Shown here one piece after another: positions 27,390 to 38,290 of a stretch of 64,000 nt of DNA (position 1 is its first letter; each line of letters opens with the position of its first letter). The notes beneath the pieces were generated by a model. The model searched no databases and was not told the DNA's origin. It saw nothing but the letters and a program-made list of their open reading frames with translations. Made by a program: the position numbers and the translations under genes. The DNA is from an uncultured Gemmataceae bacterium (GTDB lineage: Bacteria; Planctomycetota; Planctomycetia; Gemmatales; Gemmataceae), in the NCBI GenBank assembly GCA_963750165.1, contig CAVVPN010000001.1:384001-448000 (forward strand), read 5' to 3'.

Positions 27390-29240
27390 TCAGACGATGT
27401 TCTCCGCCACCGGCAGCGTCAGTCGGAACACCATCCCCGTGCCCGGCTGGCTCTCGCACGTCACGGTGCCGCCGTGCGCCGTGGCGATCTCCTGCACAAT
27501 GGCCAGCCCCAGCCCGGTGCCGGCGCCGCGACTCTGACCCGGCACGCGGAAGAACTTCTCGAACACGTGCGGTAGGTGCTCCGGCGCGATGCCGATGCCC
27601 GTGTCCGCCACCGCCAGCTCCACGGCCCCGTCCGCGGCGCGGGCGCTCAGCGTGATCTTGCCGCCGCGGTCGGTGTACGTCAGCGCGTTGTCCAGCAGAT
27701 TTCGCAGGGCGTGGCCGATGCGCCCGGCGTCCGCCGACACGTCCGGCAGGTCTGGCGGCACGTCCAGCGTCAGTTCGACCCCCTTGTCCACCGCCCGCGG
27801 CCGCACCGCCTCGGCCGCCGCCTGCAACAGTTCCGCCGGCGCCTCCGGCCGCGTGTCCAGCTGCCGCCAGCCCTGCTCGAAGCGCGCCAGGTCCAGCAGG
27901 TGTTCAACGACCGCCAGCAGGCGCTCGCTGTTGTCGCGGGCGTCCAGCAGCAGTTCGGTCTGCTTGGGACTGAGCGGTCCCAGCGTCTCCTCCTCTAGCA
28001 GCAGGTGCAGCGCCAGCCGCAGACTGGTCAGCGGTGTCTTGAGTTCGTGACTGGCGGTAGCTACCAGGTTACTTTTCACCTGATCGAGCAGCCGCAGCCG
28101 CGTCACGTCCTGAAGCAGCACCGCCGTGCCCAGGGCGTGACCGTGCGGGTCGCGGATGAACAGGACGCGCGGCAGCACCGCCCGTTCGCGGCCACCGCCG
28201 TTCAGCAGGATGGCGTGGTCGAGCCCTTCGGGCAGATAGTTGCCCTGATCGCGCAGGGCGCGGGCCAGCGGTTCGCGCAGCGGCTCGGGCGGGTTCCAGA
28301 CACCGCCTGGCTGGCCATCGTGGCGCGGCAGCACACCGAGCAGCCGCCGCGCCGCCGGGTTGGCCATCTCGACACGGCCTTCCGGGTCGAGCACCACCAC
28401 CGGGTCGGGGAAGGAGTCGATGGTCGCCTGGCTGGTTTTCTGGGCGCGGAGCAGGCGGGCCGACTGTGACTGGCGGTACTCGCGCAGGTGACGGGCCATC
28501 GTGTTGAAGGCGCCGGCCAACTGGCCCAGTTCGTCGCCCTGATCCTGCGGCAGCACCTGGTCGAGGTTGCCGGCGCTGATGTTCAGGGCCGCGTCGGTCA
28601 GGGCGCGGATGGGCCGCAGGACGCTGCGCACGGTGTGCAGCGCGGACAGCGCCGCCAGCAGCAGGGCGACGACCAGGCCGACGCCGAACCAGAAGAACGA
28701 GGCGGCCGCGGCCTGCTGGGCCTCCGCGCTGGCGTGCATCATGCTGCGGTGGTTCAGGTCGGCGATGTTCCGGGTCACGGCCTTGAGCTGCTTGAAAGTC
28801 GCCTCCAGACCGCCATCGCCGTAGTAGTCCTGTTTGCGCTCCGGGGCGTGCATCGGGCGACCGAAGAAGACCTCGCCCTGCTGGCGGTAGCGCCGGGTCA
28901 GGCGGTCGAGTTCCTGAACCAGTTGATCCTCGCCCGGCTCGGTGATGTTGTTCCGTTCCTTGGTCAGCCAGTCCTGGTACTGGGCCCAGTGGGACTCGTA
29001 CTGTTGCCGCGCCCGCTCCTCCTTGCCGGTCATGGCGAAGGTGAACGAGGAGTCAATGCGCTCCAGCGATTCGCCGAGCGCTTCCATGTAGCGGACGCTG
29101 CGGTAGTTGTCGTGCAGGATGGCGCCGATGCTGCTGCCCAGCCGCGACAACAGCACGGCGCCGAAGATTCCCAGCACCGCCACCAGCACCAGCAAGGGCA
29201 CCAGCGGCAACACGATGCGGTAGCGCAGGGACAGGGTCAT
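27390..29240 (-). CDS. Membrane sensor histidine kinase (HAMP-PAS-HisKA-HATPase), KinB-like architecture
   Basis: Two TM helices, DELGQLA HAMP, ASHELKTPL H-box, NLLDNA, DTGIGI and GTGLGL. Confidence 0.92.
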   Translation of the reverse strand: MTLSLRYRIVLPLVPLLVLVAVLGIFGAVLLSRLGSSIGAILHDNYRSVRYMEALGESLERIDSSFTFAMTGKEERARQQYESHWAQYQDWLTKERNNITEPGEDQLVQELDRLTRRYRQQGEVFFGRPMHAPERKQDYYGDGGLEATFKQLKAVTRNIADLNHRSMMHASAEAQQAAAASFFWFGVGLVVALLLAALSALHTVRSVLRPIRALTDAALNISAGNLDQVLPQDQGDELGQLAGAFNTMARHLREYRQSQSARLLRAQKTSQATIDSFPDPVVVLDPEGRVEMANPAARRLLGVLPRHDGQPGGVWNPPEPLREPLARALRDQGNYLPEGLDHAILLNGGGRERAVLPRVLFIRDPHGHALGTAVLLQDVTRLRLLDQVKSNLVATASHELKTPLTSLRLALHLLLEEETLGPLSPKQTELLLDARDNSERLLAVVEHLLDLARFEQGWRQLDTRPEAPAELLQAAAEAVRPRAVDKGVELTLDVPPDLPDVSADAGRIGHALRNLLDNALTYTDRGGKITLSARAADGAVELAVADTGIGIAPEHLPHVFEKFFRVPGQSRGAGTGLGLAIVQEIATAHGGTVTCESQPGTGMVFRLTLPVAENIV

Positions 29241-29275
29241 GGAGGCCTCATTTCTCGTGCATGGGCACGAGCGTA

Positions 29276-30630
29276 TTAGAATCCTGGGAGGTTCCGCTGG
29301 CGGTACAACTTCCGTTTGCGGAACAGGGTGCTCGGATCGATACCCAGGACGACGGCGGCCTCCTCCAGCGTGGCGGTGCGGGCCAGCACGCGGCGGATAT
29401 GCTCGACCTCCAGTTCCTCCAGCGTCACGTTGCCGCCGACCTCCGGGCTCTTCTCCGCCGCCGGCGGCGCCCCCACCTGGGCTGGCAGATCCGCCGCCTG
29501 CACCGGCGGCGCCGCACACAGGATGACGCCGCGCTCGATGGCGTTGCGCAGCTCGCGGACATTGCCCGGCCACGGATAGCGCAGCAAGGCCGCCCGCGCG
29601 TCGTCGGTGAAGGCATAGTCCGACTTGCCCGCCTGCGCGCGAAGAACTGCAGCAGGTGCTCGGCCAGCGGCACAATATCCTGGCGGCGCTGGCGCAGCGG
29701 CGGCAGCACCACCTCAATGACATTCAGCCGATACCACAAATCCTCGCGGAACGCTCCCGTGGCCACGGCCGTCTGCAGATCGCGGTTGGTCGCGGCCAGG
29801 ATGCGCACGTCACAGGCGCGCGTCTGGGTCTCGCCGACGCGCTCGTAACGCTTTTCCTGCAACAGCCGCAGCAGCTTGGGCTGCAGGGCCAGCGGCAGGT
29901 CGCCAACCTCGTCGAGCAGCAGCGTGCCGCCGGCGGCCGCCGCCACCTTGCCGACCGTATCCTGCACCGCCCCCGTGAAGGCGCCGCGGACATGGCCGAA
30001 CAACTCGCTTTCGAGCAACTCCGCCGACAGGCTCGGGCAGTTGACGGTGACAAACGGCCCCTGGGCGCGCGGACTGCGGGCGTGGACGGCGCGAGCCAGC
30101 ACGCCCTTGCCGGTGCCGCTTTCGCCGCGGATCAGCAGGGTCGCGTCTGTCGGTGCCACCCGAAAGGCCACGTCGAGCGCCTGCCGCATGGCCGGCTCGG
30201 TCGTTTGCAGGTCCGCCTCGGGCACGGCGGCGCGCACCTGCGCCTCCAGGTCCTCGACGTGTGTCTGCAAACGGCGCAGCCGCTGAACGCGGTCGAAGAT
30301 GATACGGAGTTGACCGGGCGTGAACGGCTTGGGCAGGTAGTCGAAGGCGCCGCGGCGCATGGCCTCCACGGCCGTCTCGATGGTGGCGTAGGCGGTGACC
30401 ACCACGACGGCCAGGCCGGGCGCCAGCCGCAGCAGCGCCGGCAGCGTGTCCAGCCCGCGTTCGCGGCCCAGCCGCAGATCCAGGAACGCCACGTCGAACG
30501 AGCGGTGCCCCAGCAGGTCCAGAGCCTGGGCGCTGTCCGCGGCCTCGGTGACCTGATGGCCCATCGTCTCCAGGGCCAGGCGCAGCGACTTCCGCAGACT
30601 GCCGTCGTCGTCGATCACCAACGTGTTCAT
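29276..30630 (-). CDS. Sigma54-dependent (NtrC/AlgB-like) response regulator (frameshift near 29630)
   Basis: Receiver domain, [28 protein letters not shown] and C-terminal [14 protein letters not shown]. Confidence 0.92.
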
Positions 30631-30769
30631 GCTACCTCCGCATTTCCAGGAGGTATCAGGCATTTTGCATACCGGCGGCCGCACCCGATATTGCGAAGCG
30701 CATGCGCTTGTTCAAGCGGACATTATCGCACGGCCCAGTTGCGCGGCGGTTACAGGCTCCATCCAGGAG

Positions 30770-30804
30770 GTTGCATTTTGCACGACATGGATTGCAAAAT
30801 GCAA
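30770..30804. promoter_or_regulatory. Paired TGCA-N3-TGCA boxes, likely enhancer sites for the adjacent sigma54 activator
   Basis: TTGCATTTTGCA and TGCAAAATGCAA in inverted arrangement; partial third box GCATTTTGCA at 30660. Confidence 0.5.
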
Positions 30805-31298
30805 GGCAAGAAATGGCTTCAAGTTGGCTGTGCGCTTGTCGGCGGCACCGAGGGGCAGCGACACGCGGTCCGACGCGCGCGACGGACATCAGCTTGCTTC
30901 AGGGTATAGATGCATCTGCGGGGGGTTAGGACCAGGGCGCGCAAGACATGGTCCCGGCGCACAAGCCCAGAGCCCAGCCAGGATCTGGGCCTTCCTCGTT
31001 GGGTAGACGGAATTGGTCAGCAGGTCGGACACCGCAGTCTGGTTTTCCGTTGACAGTGGGAAGCTGCATCCGGAAGATCGGCAAGGCCGTACTGCTGGGA
31101 CGGCAGCACTCCCACTCCCGAAAGGATCCCAGGCTACCCATGGAGACGACTGCCACCCTGTACCCGCTCGCACCCTCCGGTCTGCCCTTCGAGCGGTCAC
31201 CCGCGTTCCTCGCTGCCCTGCACTTCGTGCAACAGGGCGGGCTAGAAAGAACCTCAACCTTTGGCGCCCGCAGGCGCCCTTTCGAGCACGGTTCTGTG

Positions 31299-32270
31299 TC
31301 AGCGCCCGGCGAAGTCCACAAGGCGTTGCCTTTCCGGGTCCCAGAGTTTGAGCCGCAGGCAGCGGTAGACGGCCCGTAGGCTGAGGGAGGTCGTCCCCGG
31401 CGACTGCAAGTCCGCCAGGCGGGCCATGGCCTCAGGCAGCCGGTAGAAAGGGATGCGCGCGTTGAGGTGGTGGACGTGATGGTACCCAATGTTGCCGGTG
31501 AGCCAGCGCAGCACCGGCCCCATGGCGATGTAACTCGACCCGGCCAGGGCGGCGTCGGCGTAATCCCACAAGCCTTTCTCCTGGAACCGCGCTCCCGGGA
31601 AATTGTGCTGCGCGTAGAACAGGTACGCCCCCAGCGCCGTCGCCACCCACAGGGGCACGAGCAGCGCCCACAGTAGCACGGCCGGGTTGAGGGCCGCGAG
31701 GGCTGCGACCAGTGCGGCGTGGATGACCAGTGCCGCGGCGCAGTCCGCGTGCCGGCGCGGCCGGAGCAGGAACGGGGCCAGGCACATGCCGTACAGGAAC
31801 ACCGTCGCGTAGCCGGCCAGGATGGTCAGGGGGTGCCGGCCCAGAGCGTAGGCCAGGCGCCGCCTCCGGGAGGCTCGGGTATAGGCCCGCGTCGTCATCA
31901 CGCGGAAGCTGCCCACGCCCGACGCCTGGAGTCGGCCGTTGTGGCTGTGGTGGTAGTGATGCGTACGCCGCCAGACGCTCTGAGGGGTCAGCAGCAATAG
32001 CCCACACGCCCCCAGCACGACACGGGCCAGGGCCGAGCCGCGCAGGATCGTGCCGTGCTGGTAGTCGTGGTAAATCGTGAACAGGCGGACCAGCACCAGG
32101 CCCGTCAGGGCGCTCACGGGTAGGCGGCACCACCAGGGTGTTTCCTGGCAACACAGGCCCAGCAGGCCGATCAGGACTGCCAGGGTAGACCCGAGGTGCC
32201 ACCAGCTGCGCCAGCGCACCTCCCGGGCGAACGGCTGGGTCGCCCGGACCAGTTCACTCGCGGTGCGCAT
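31299..32270 (-). CDS. Membrane fatty acid desaturase
   Basis: Three His boxes HDYQH, HHYHH and HHVHH; TM segments. Confidence 0.9.
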   Translation of the reverse strand: MRTASELVRATQPFAREVRWRSWWHLGSTLAVLIGLLGLCCQETPWWCRLPVSALTGLVLVRLFTIYHDYQHGTILRGSALARVVLGACGLLLLTPQSVWRRTHHYHHSHNGRLQASGVGSFRVMTTRAYTRASRRRRLAYALGRHPLTILAGYATVFLYGMCLAPFLLRPRRHADCAAALVIHAALVAALAALNPAVLLWALLVPLWVATALGAYLFYAQHNFPGARFQEKGLWDYADAALAGSSYIAMGPVLRWLTGNIGYHHVHHLNARIPFYRLPEAMARLADLQSPGTTSLSLRAVYRCLRLKLWDPERQRLVDFAGR

Positions 32271-32802
32271 GGGCGGACTCCGGGGCGGTAGCGGGTTGCG
32301 GGGGCGGCAATGCGGCATTGGTTTCCAGGCTCTCGCACCAACAGCGCAAGGCCTCCAACGCTTCGGCCGCCGCCCGGACGGTGGCCGGCGGCGTCGGCCG
32401 GGGGAGGTGGTCCCGGTCCAAGCGGGCGCCCACCCGTACCGCCAACCGATAGGCTTTCTCCAGCAACTGGACTGGAGCCTGGGCCCGGGGGGCGTGTTCG
32501 ACGCGGAGGCAGAGCGCGTGCATCGACTGGCACCATGCCGACAACCGCGGCGGGGTGTTCAGCAGCAGTTCCGGCACGTGGGCCGGGCGAAACCGCTTGT
32601 TGTACGCCACCAGTTGGCTGCGGAAGGCGTCGTAGGCCTTCTGAATCACCAGCAGGTTCTGCGTGGCGGCCGCGCTTTCCCGCGCCCCGGGCAGGGACAT
32701 CCGCAGGTTCTCCCAACGGGCCTCCAGTTCGACCAGCAAGGCCAGCTCCGCGGCCTGAGCGGGCTCCAGGTCGTTGACGGCGGCTTCTCGCATCTCTGGC
32801 AT
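32254..32802 (-). CDS. Hypothetical protein
   Basis: 182 aa ORF overlapping the desaturase start. Confidence 0.6.
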   Translation of the reverse strand: MPEMREAAVNDLEPAQAAELALLVELEARWENLRMSLPGARESAAATQNLLVIQKAYDAFRSQLVAYNKRFRPAHVPELLLNTPPRLSAWCQSMHALCLRVEHAPRAQAPVQLLEKAYRLAVRVGARLDRDHLPRPTPPATVRAAAEALEALRCWCESLETNAALPPPQPATAPESAHAHRE

Positions 32803-33087
32803 GAAATCCCTACTTTCTCACGAGGACATCCGGCGTCGCCACTCCCCCGGGTGATCATCGACGGCGAGCGCTTCCCGGCATGACGGCAAAGTGAGAAGCC
32901 GGGGAAAAATAACGAGGCTGTGGCAACCCGCCGGCTCACGCACGGCCTTCTGGACGCCGAAGATACCAGCAGTGCGGAAAAAAAACTCGCTCAGGTTGAG
33001 GACACAGCGCCCGTCATTTTGGCGCCCCAGGGTTTTGTGGTAGAATACCCTTTGCCCTCAGAGCCACTCACAACCGGAGGTCCGCCG

Positions 33088-33309
33088 ATGAGCCAACCCC
33101 AACGTATCGTGTCGTGGGTCGTGTACCTGATGACGCTGCACAAACAGCCAGGGGGCATGAACGCCATCTGCGAACAGAGCGAGTGGGACGAGATGGAGCG
33201 GGCCCGGCCCGGCTACCACACCCTCATCCGGGCCGGCATCCTGAACGAGGGCGAGGCAGAGCGGCTGGCGCGGGGCACCTCGGGCGACCCGAAAAGTCGG
33301 CGGCCGTGA
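33088..33309 (+). CDS. Small hypothetical protein
   Basis: GGAGG RBS; WVVY..NAICEQSEWDEME..EGEAERLAR. Confidence 0.65.
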   Translation: MSQPQRIVSWVVYLMTLHKQPGGMNAICEQSEWDEMERARPGYHTLIRAGILNEGEAERLARGTSGDPKSRRP

Positions 33310-33652
33310 GGCGGAGCCACCCCAGCGTTTCGCCAGGCCCGATCTGCAACCGACGCCGCTTCGGTCTCCTCTACTTTTTCGACACGCTTCCCGGATGGTA
33401 AGTGGTATTGGGCATCGAGAACCGGACCCTGGACTTGATGCACTTCGCCATCTCGCCACTCCCTTTCCCCCGTCCCACGTAAACGCCGCAACTATTTCGC
33501 CGGGGGCCCCCTTTGGCAAGAAGTTGTACGCTGCGGCGAAACGCCCACTGCACGGCAAGGACAATGGGAGGGCAATGGTGCAGTGGCCCCCTCGTCGATG
33601 GTCTGGCGAGGAAGTAACTGTTGGTCCGGCTTGTTCGGTCAGGGTAGCGCGG

Positions 33653-33917
33653 TCAACAATCCCGAGAAGCCAGTGTATAACTCCGCAGCCCCCGCAACTG
33701 CGTCTGTCTCGAAGGCACTTTGACGTTCCAGGCCAGGCCCATCTGGACCAACACCCGGATGACCAGGTAGCTCACGTCCAGCTGCCACCAGCGCAGGCCG
33801 TGGCGGCCCGAGGTCGGGAAGGCGTGGTGCATGTTGTGCCAGCCCTCGCCCAGCGCCAGGAGGCCGAACAAGTAATTGTCACGGCTCTGGTCGTCGCTCT
33901 GGTAAGGCCGAAAGCCC
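33653..33917 (-). pseudogene. Acyl-CoA (delta-9-like) desaturase C-terminal fragment
   Basis: GFRPYQSDDQSRDN..ALGEGWHNMHHAFPTSGRHGLRWWQLD; the 5' part of the gene is absent. Confidence 0.85.
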
Positions 33918-33977
33918 CTAGCCCGATTTCTACTTTCCCGTCTTTTTCACCGCCGATTGGCGTCCTTACCGCAGAGT

Positions 33978-34166
33978 TTACAGACGGATGCCCCTTTTTT
34001 CTAGTTCCGTCGCGATGCGCTGCCGCGCCTTGTCGGCCCGGGTCCGTTCCAGCTGCAACAGAGAGTCGCGGAGGACCTCTGAAGCCAGGTCGTAGAGGCG
34101 GAGCAGTGAATTGCTGTCGGTGCCGCGGATGGTCCGCAGGTCCAGGGTCAGGGGGTTCAGGCTCAT
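33978..34166 (-). CDS. Small hypothetical protein
   Basis: MSLNPLTLDL..., in an operon-like run. Confidence 0.55.
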   Translation of the reverse strand: MSLNPLTLDLRTIRGTDSNSLLRLYDLASEVLRDSLLQLERTRADKARQRIATELEKRGIRL

Positions 34167-34474
34167 GGGGGTGTCGTCTTTCGCCAGGGAATGGATGTGG
34201 TGTCGGGTGAACACCACGGGCGAGCCGCATCGCAGCCACGACAGTGGGTTGAGGCCGGCGGGTCGGCCAACTTGCCACGGTAATCATCCCCGCGGATGCG
34301 GGTGATCCGGACCCGCAGCGTCTCACCGGCCGATTGGGGCACCCCGGTCAAGAGGGTCAGGCGGACGAGGTTCCCGACGCGCAGGCCGCGGATGGCCTCC
34401 CGCAACTCGGCATCCTCGATGCCCTCGCACCGCCGCATCCCCTCAATGTCCTCAATCGCAACCGGGTGGCGCAT
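34163..34474 (-). CDS. Small hypothetical protein (3' end possibly frameshifted)
   Basis: IEDAELREAIRGLRVGNLVRLT..ETLRVRIT. Confidence 0.55.
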   Translation of the reverse strand: MRHPVAIEDIEGMRRCEGIEDAELREAIRGLRVGNLVRLTLLTGVPQSAGETLRVRITRIRGDDYRGKLADPPASTHCRGCDAARPWCSPDTTSIPWRKTTPP

Positions 34475-34546
34475 GCGAGCCCCTTGTCTTTTCCAGGGCG
34501 CTGGGGTTTCCGAGCGGAGTAGGCGTTCGCCCCCTCCGCCACAGCG

Positions 34547-34822
34547 TCAATACTGCTTCGTGATCTCCGGCACGGACCAGAGGAGGGTCCCGTTGTCATC
34601 GACCGCCAGGAAAAAGCTGTGGACGAGCCGGACGGAGGCGGCGTCCGGCCCCACAAAAATGTTCACCCGGAAGCGGCCATGCCACAACGGCCGGACCTGC
34701 ACGCGCTGCAGGCCGTCCGGCAGGCCGAGGGCGTGCATGACCTTGGCACCGATGGCAGCGACCTGCTCGCGGCGCCGAGCCGCATCCTGCTCCGTGTGTT
34801 CATCAGGTAGTTTAACCGGCAT
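34547..34822 (-). CDS. Small hypothetical protein
   Basis: VQVRPLW..FRVNIF..HSFFL..PEITKQY; start uncertain. Confidence 0.6.
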   Translation of the reverse strand: MPVKLPDEHTEQDAARRREQVAAIGAKVMHALGLPDGLQRVQVRPLWHGRFRVNIFVGPDAASVRLVHSFFLAVDDNGTLLWSVPEITKQY

Positions 34823-34863
34823 TGGGTTCTCTTCGTGGGTGAAAGGGGGAGGGCTGGGATTCG

Positions 34864-35625
34864 TCATGTGAGGTAGTCTTCGAGGTCGTAGCGCGGCAGG
34901 ACGGCCACGAAGGACGTGCCCTGCCCCGTGCCGGAGTCCGCGGCCAACGTCCCCCCGCTCTGCTCGACCAGGAGCTTGACGACGGCGAGGCCGACGCCCA
35001 GGCCGGCCTCTCGGGTCGGGGCCGCCCGGTAGAACAGCTCCAGGGCATCGCCCTGGTCCTCCGCGGGCATGCCGACGCCGTTGTCCGACACCCGAAGCTC
35101 GTACCCCTCGGGCGAGGCCCGCAGCCCCAACCGCACCCACGACCCTTCCTTGGCGGGATCTCGGTATTTCAGGGCGTTGGAGAGCAGGTTGTCCAGGATG
35201 TGCCGCAGCCGGGCCGGGAACCACTCCATATGCTCGGTTTCGAGTTCCAGGACCAGGGCGACCTGCGGCGCCCCCAGAAGGCGCTGCTGCCAGCGGAACA
35301 CCTTCTCCACCAGGGGCCGGATCGCGATGGCGATCACCTGGTCGTGCGCGGGGTGGTAGCCGGGCAACTCCTGCGCGTCGCGCAGCACCCCCGCCAGCTG
35401 GGCCACGGCCACCCCGATCTCTGTCAGTGGCCCGGGGTCGTCGCCGGCCCGCAGCCCGGTGGCGCACAGGGGCAGGATATGCTTCAGGGTTTCCCGCACC
35501 TGCTGCCCGACGAACTGGCTCTGCTTGCGCAACCGGTCCACCTCCAATTCCAGGTCGGCCACGTAGGCCAACAGCCGGCGGCGCTCGACGGCACTGACGT
35601 TCGGTTCTTTGGCGGAGGGTCGCAT
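34864..35625 (-). CDS. Cytoplasmic histidine-kinase-like ATPase without a sensor domain
   Basis: NLLSNALKY, DNGVGM and GLGVGL boxes; no canonical H-box seen. Confidence 0.8.
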   Translation of the reverse strand: MRPSAKEPNVSAVERRRLLAYVADLELEVDRLRKQSQFVGQQVRETLKHILPLCATGLRAGDDPGPLTEIGVAVAQLAGVLRDAQELPGYHPAHDQVIAIAIRPLVEKVFRWQQRLLGAPQVALVLELETEHMEWFPARLRHILDNLLSNALKYRDPAKEGSWVRLGLRASPEGYELRVSDNGVGMPAEDQGDALELFYRAAPTREAGLGVGLAVVKLLVEQSGGTLAADSGTGQGTSFVAVLPRYDLEDYLT

Positions 35626-35676
35626 GGGTGCCTTTCCTCAAAAGCCGGCCGGCGGCGCAGGGCGGTGGCGCCGGGG

Positions 35677-36722
35677 TCACGCCTCGCCGCCAGCGTCCCG
35701 CCACGGATCCTCCCGCTGGGGCCGGTCGAGGTCCAGGGTGTGCCGCCCCGGCCGATTGCCCGCCAGCGCGCGGGCCACGCTGCTCACCAGTTCCTTGGGA
35801 TGGACCGGCAGGACGAGGCAGCTGTGGACGCCCGCGCCCAGCGCCGCCCGCACCAGCGCTTCCCGCGCGGGCGGCACCAGGACGAGCAACGGGGTCTCGG
35901 CCCGGCCCGACTGGCCCCGCAGCCCCCGGCACAGCCCCAGCGTCCGGGACGCGTCCTTGTGGTCGCCGACGACGAGCAGGTTCGCGGACGCGGGCCGCCA
36001 ATCCCAGGCGAGAGAGCCGACGGTGGTCCGGTCGGTCGCCTCAATGTCCCAGCCCGGGAAGGCCTCCTGCAGGGTGACCAGACTTTCCGGGTCGATGTCA
36101 AACGCTACTGCTCTTGGTCGCTCCATCATCTTCGTGTCCTCCTGAATATCTGCGGCACGTGAGGGCGGCACCAGGTCGGGCGCCACGCCGTCACCCGGAG
36201 AACCGCGGTCCCGGGCTGCCGCCAGCAACCGCTCCAGCGACTTCAGTTCAACCGGCTTGATCAGGTAAAGGTCGAACCCCGCCTCGGCGGCCAGGCGACG
36301 GTGCCGCGCGTCGGCATAACCGGTGACCGCCACCAGCAGCGCCGGCGGAGCCGTTGCCTCGCGCGCAGGCGCCGAGCGACCGCGCAGCCGTCCATGCCCG
36401 GGAGCCCGAGGTCGAGCAGCACGACGGCCGGGCACTCTGCCTGCGCAATGCGCAGGGCTGTCGGGCCGTCGTACGCCACGACCGGGTGGTGGCCCCAGAG
36501 GCACACGAGCATCGCCATCGACGCCACCGTATCGGGTTCGTCGTCCACGATGAGGACGCACAGGGTTGAATTTGCCTGGGCGGGAGGTGGGGTCGTTCCC
36601 GTCCGATGGCTGTCCGGCGGGTTGAACGGACGTGTCAACGTACGGGTGGTCTTTGGGAGACGGGGGCGGAATTTCGCTGTGAAAACGCGCAGAGTGGAAT
36701 CCGGGAACCATGCACTTGGCAC
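35677..36722 (-). CDS. Receiver-domain protein(s): a CheY-like receiver (frameshift near 36358) followed by a degenerate receiver; one or two genes
   Basis: VLIVDDEPD..LLDLGLPGMDG..VAVTGY..IKPV, then AVAFDID..LLVLV..ALGAG. Confidence 0.65.
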
Positions 36723-37226
36723 AGGCAGAGCCTCCCAAGTGGATGGTCAGATCAATTAGGTGGCGACCCCCAAGAGAGGAAGTCAAATAAGAAAAGTGGC
36801 CATCCGATTTCTTATACCTCCATCTTACCGAAGTGACTGGTAAAAGCAAGGAGAAAGCCGCCGCGGCCGCTCGGCGGGGAACGAACCGGCTGGTGGATGC
36901 CCGGTGCGGAAATGTAAAAATGCTTGTTTTTCTTGATGCGTTCGATAAACTATATTCGATAGATTAAATTGGCTGCTTTTCATTTTGATGCCTTCCTCTT
37001 CCTCAGACACCAACTCCGGACCTGGCGGACATCAACGTGCAGAGCGGGGTTCCCCCCCTTCTCACATGGAGATGTCAGTCTTTGCTTCCCTTCAATCGTT
37101 CCGGCGTGCGCTTCCCTCCATAGGGATTCCACTTCCGGTGAGCCATTAGCTAAGCCCGTTTCCTTCGCCCGGCCCCAGGGCCGTCCACCGTTCCCACTGA
37201 CTTTTCTCTCACTTCAGGAGCCGAAC

Positions 37227-37712
37227 ATGCGCACCGTCCAGCAAGGCGACCAGGTCCAGGTCCATTTCGTGAAACGCTCGCAACGCGGCGAGGTTGTTTC
37301 CTCCCGCGGGCGTGCCCCGCTGGAACTGGAGGTCGGCAAGGAGAACCGCCGCCTGCCCGGCCTCGGCCTTGCCCTCGTGGGGATGAGCGCGGGGCAACAG
37401 GTGGTGGTGAGCGTGCCCGCCCAGCTGGCCTACGGCCCCCCCGGCCCCGCACGGCTCCGCCGGGTGGCACGCTCCCGGTTCACCCAGGACCGCGTCCTGA
37501 CTGTCGGCCGCTGGGTGCGAGTCACCAACCGCAACGGATCCCGCCGCCTGGTCCGCGTCGTGGAGGTCAACGACAACTCCGTCGTCATCGACACCAACCA
37601 CCGCTGGGCCGGGCAAGACGTGATCCTGGAAGTGGAAGTCCTGGCCATCCACACGCCGGCCCCGAGCGGCGCGGCGACCCCGCAAGCCGCCACCGAAGAA
37701 CTGCGGTCGTAA
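37227..37712 (+). CDS. FKBP-type peptidyl-prolyl isomerase (SlyD-like)
   Basis: GDQVQVHF, LPGL..LVGM, AYG and IDTNHRWAG. Confidence 0.82.
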   Translation: MRTVQQGDQVQVHFVKRSQRGEVVSSRGRAPLELEVGKENRRLPGLGLALVGMSAGQQVVVSVPAQLAYGPPGPARLRRVARSRFTQDRVLTVGRWVRVTNRNGSRRLVRVVEVNDNSVVIDTNHRWAGQDVILEVEVLAIHTPAPSGAATPQAATEELRS

Positions 37713-37784
37713 GCCCGAGGGGCGATTACCACCCCAGCCCGACGCCCGAGAAGCCCTTCAACCCCAACGAGAAAGCAGGCCGTC

Positions 37785-38159
37785 ATGGCAGGCCGAGTCC
37801 TGAACCGCCGCGAGTTACGCAAGCAGTCGGACCAAGCCGAGCAGCAGCCCGAGTCCGCCGCCCCGGCAGCCGACGGGCCGGCCGAGGCGCCGCCCGAGAA
37901 GAAGGCCAGGGCGAAGCGGCCCGCGGCCGCGAAAGTGAGAAAGCCGCGCGCCAAGAAGGCGCCGCCCCGGATGCGCGCACGCTGGGGCGTGTTCGACGGG
38001 GCTATGAAGCAGGTCGCAGTCTTCGACTACAACCAACGTCCGGCCGCGGAGGCGAAGGTCGCGGAACTGCTCGGCGCAACAAGGGCACCCACTTTTTGCA
38101 GATCGTCAAGGACGAGATGCCCGAACCCGAACTGGCGGCGGCTCTCGCAGATTGAGTAA
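37785..38159 (+). CDS. Basic hypothetical protein (possible 3' frameshift)
   Basis: NRRELR..Lys/Ala linker..WGVFD..VAVFDY. Confidence 0.6.
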   Translation: MAGRVLNRRELRKQSDQAEQQPESAAPAADGPAEAPPEKKARAKRPAAAKVRKPRAKKAPPRMRARWGVFDGAMKQVAVFDYNQRPAAEAKVAELLGATRAPTFCRSSRTRCPNPNWRRLSQIE

Positions 38160-38290
38160 CCGATTGTGCGCGCGTGGCGCACTGAACTTCCGAACGTCCC
38201 CGCCGCGTGTGGCGGAGCTTTTCTGTCCGTCCCGTTGATCGGCCTTGCTCCTCCGGGGGAGTGAGCGGCCTCTTTTTCTGGAGCCAGCAG

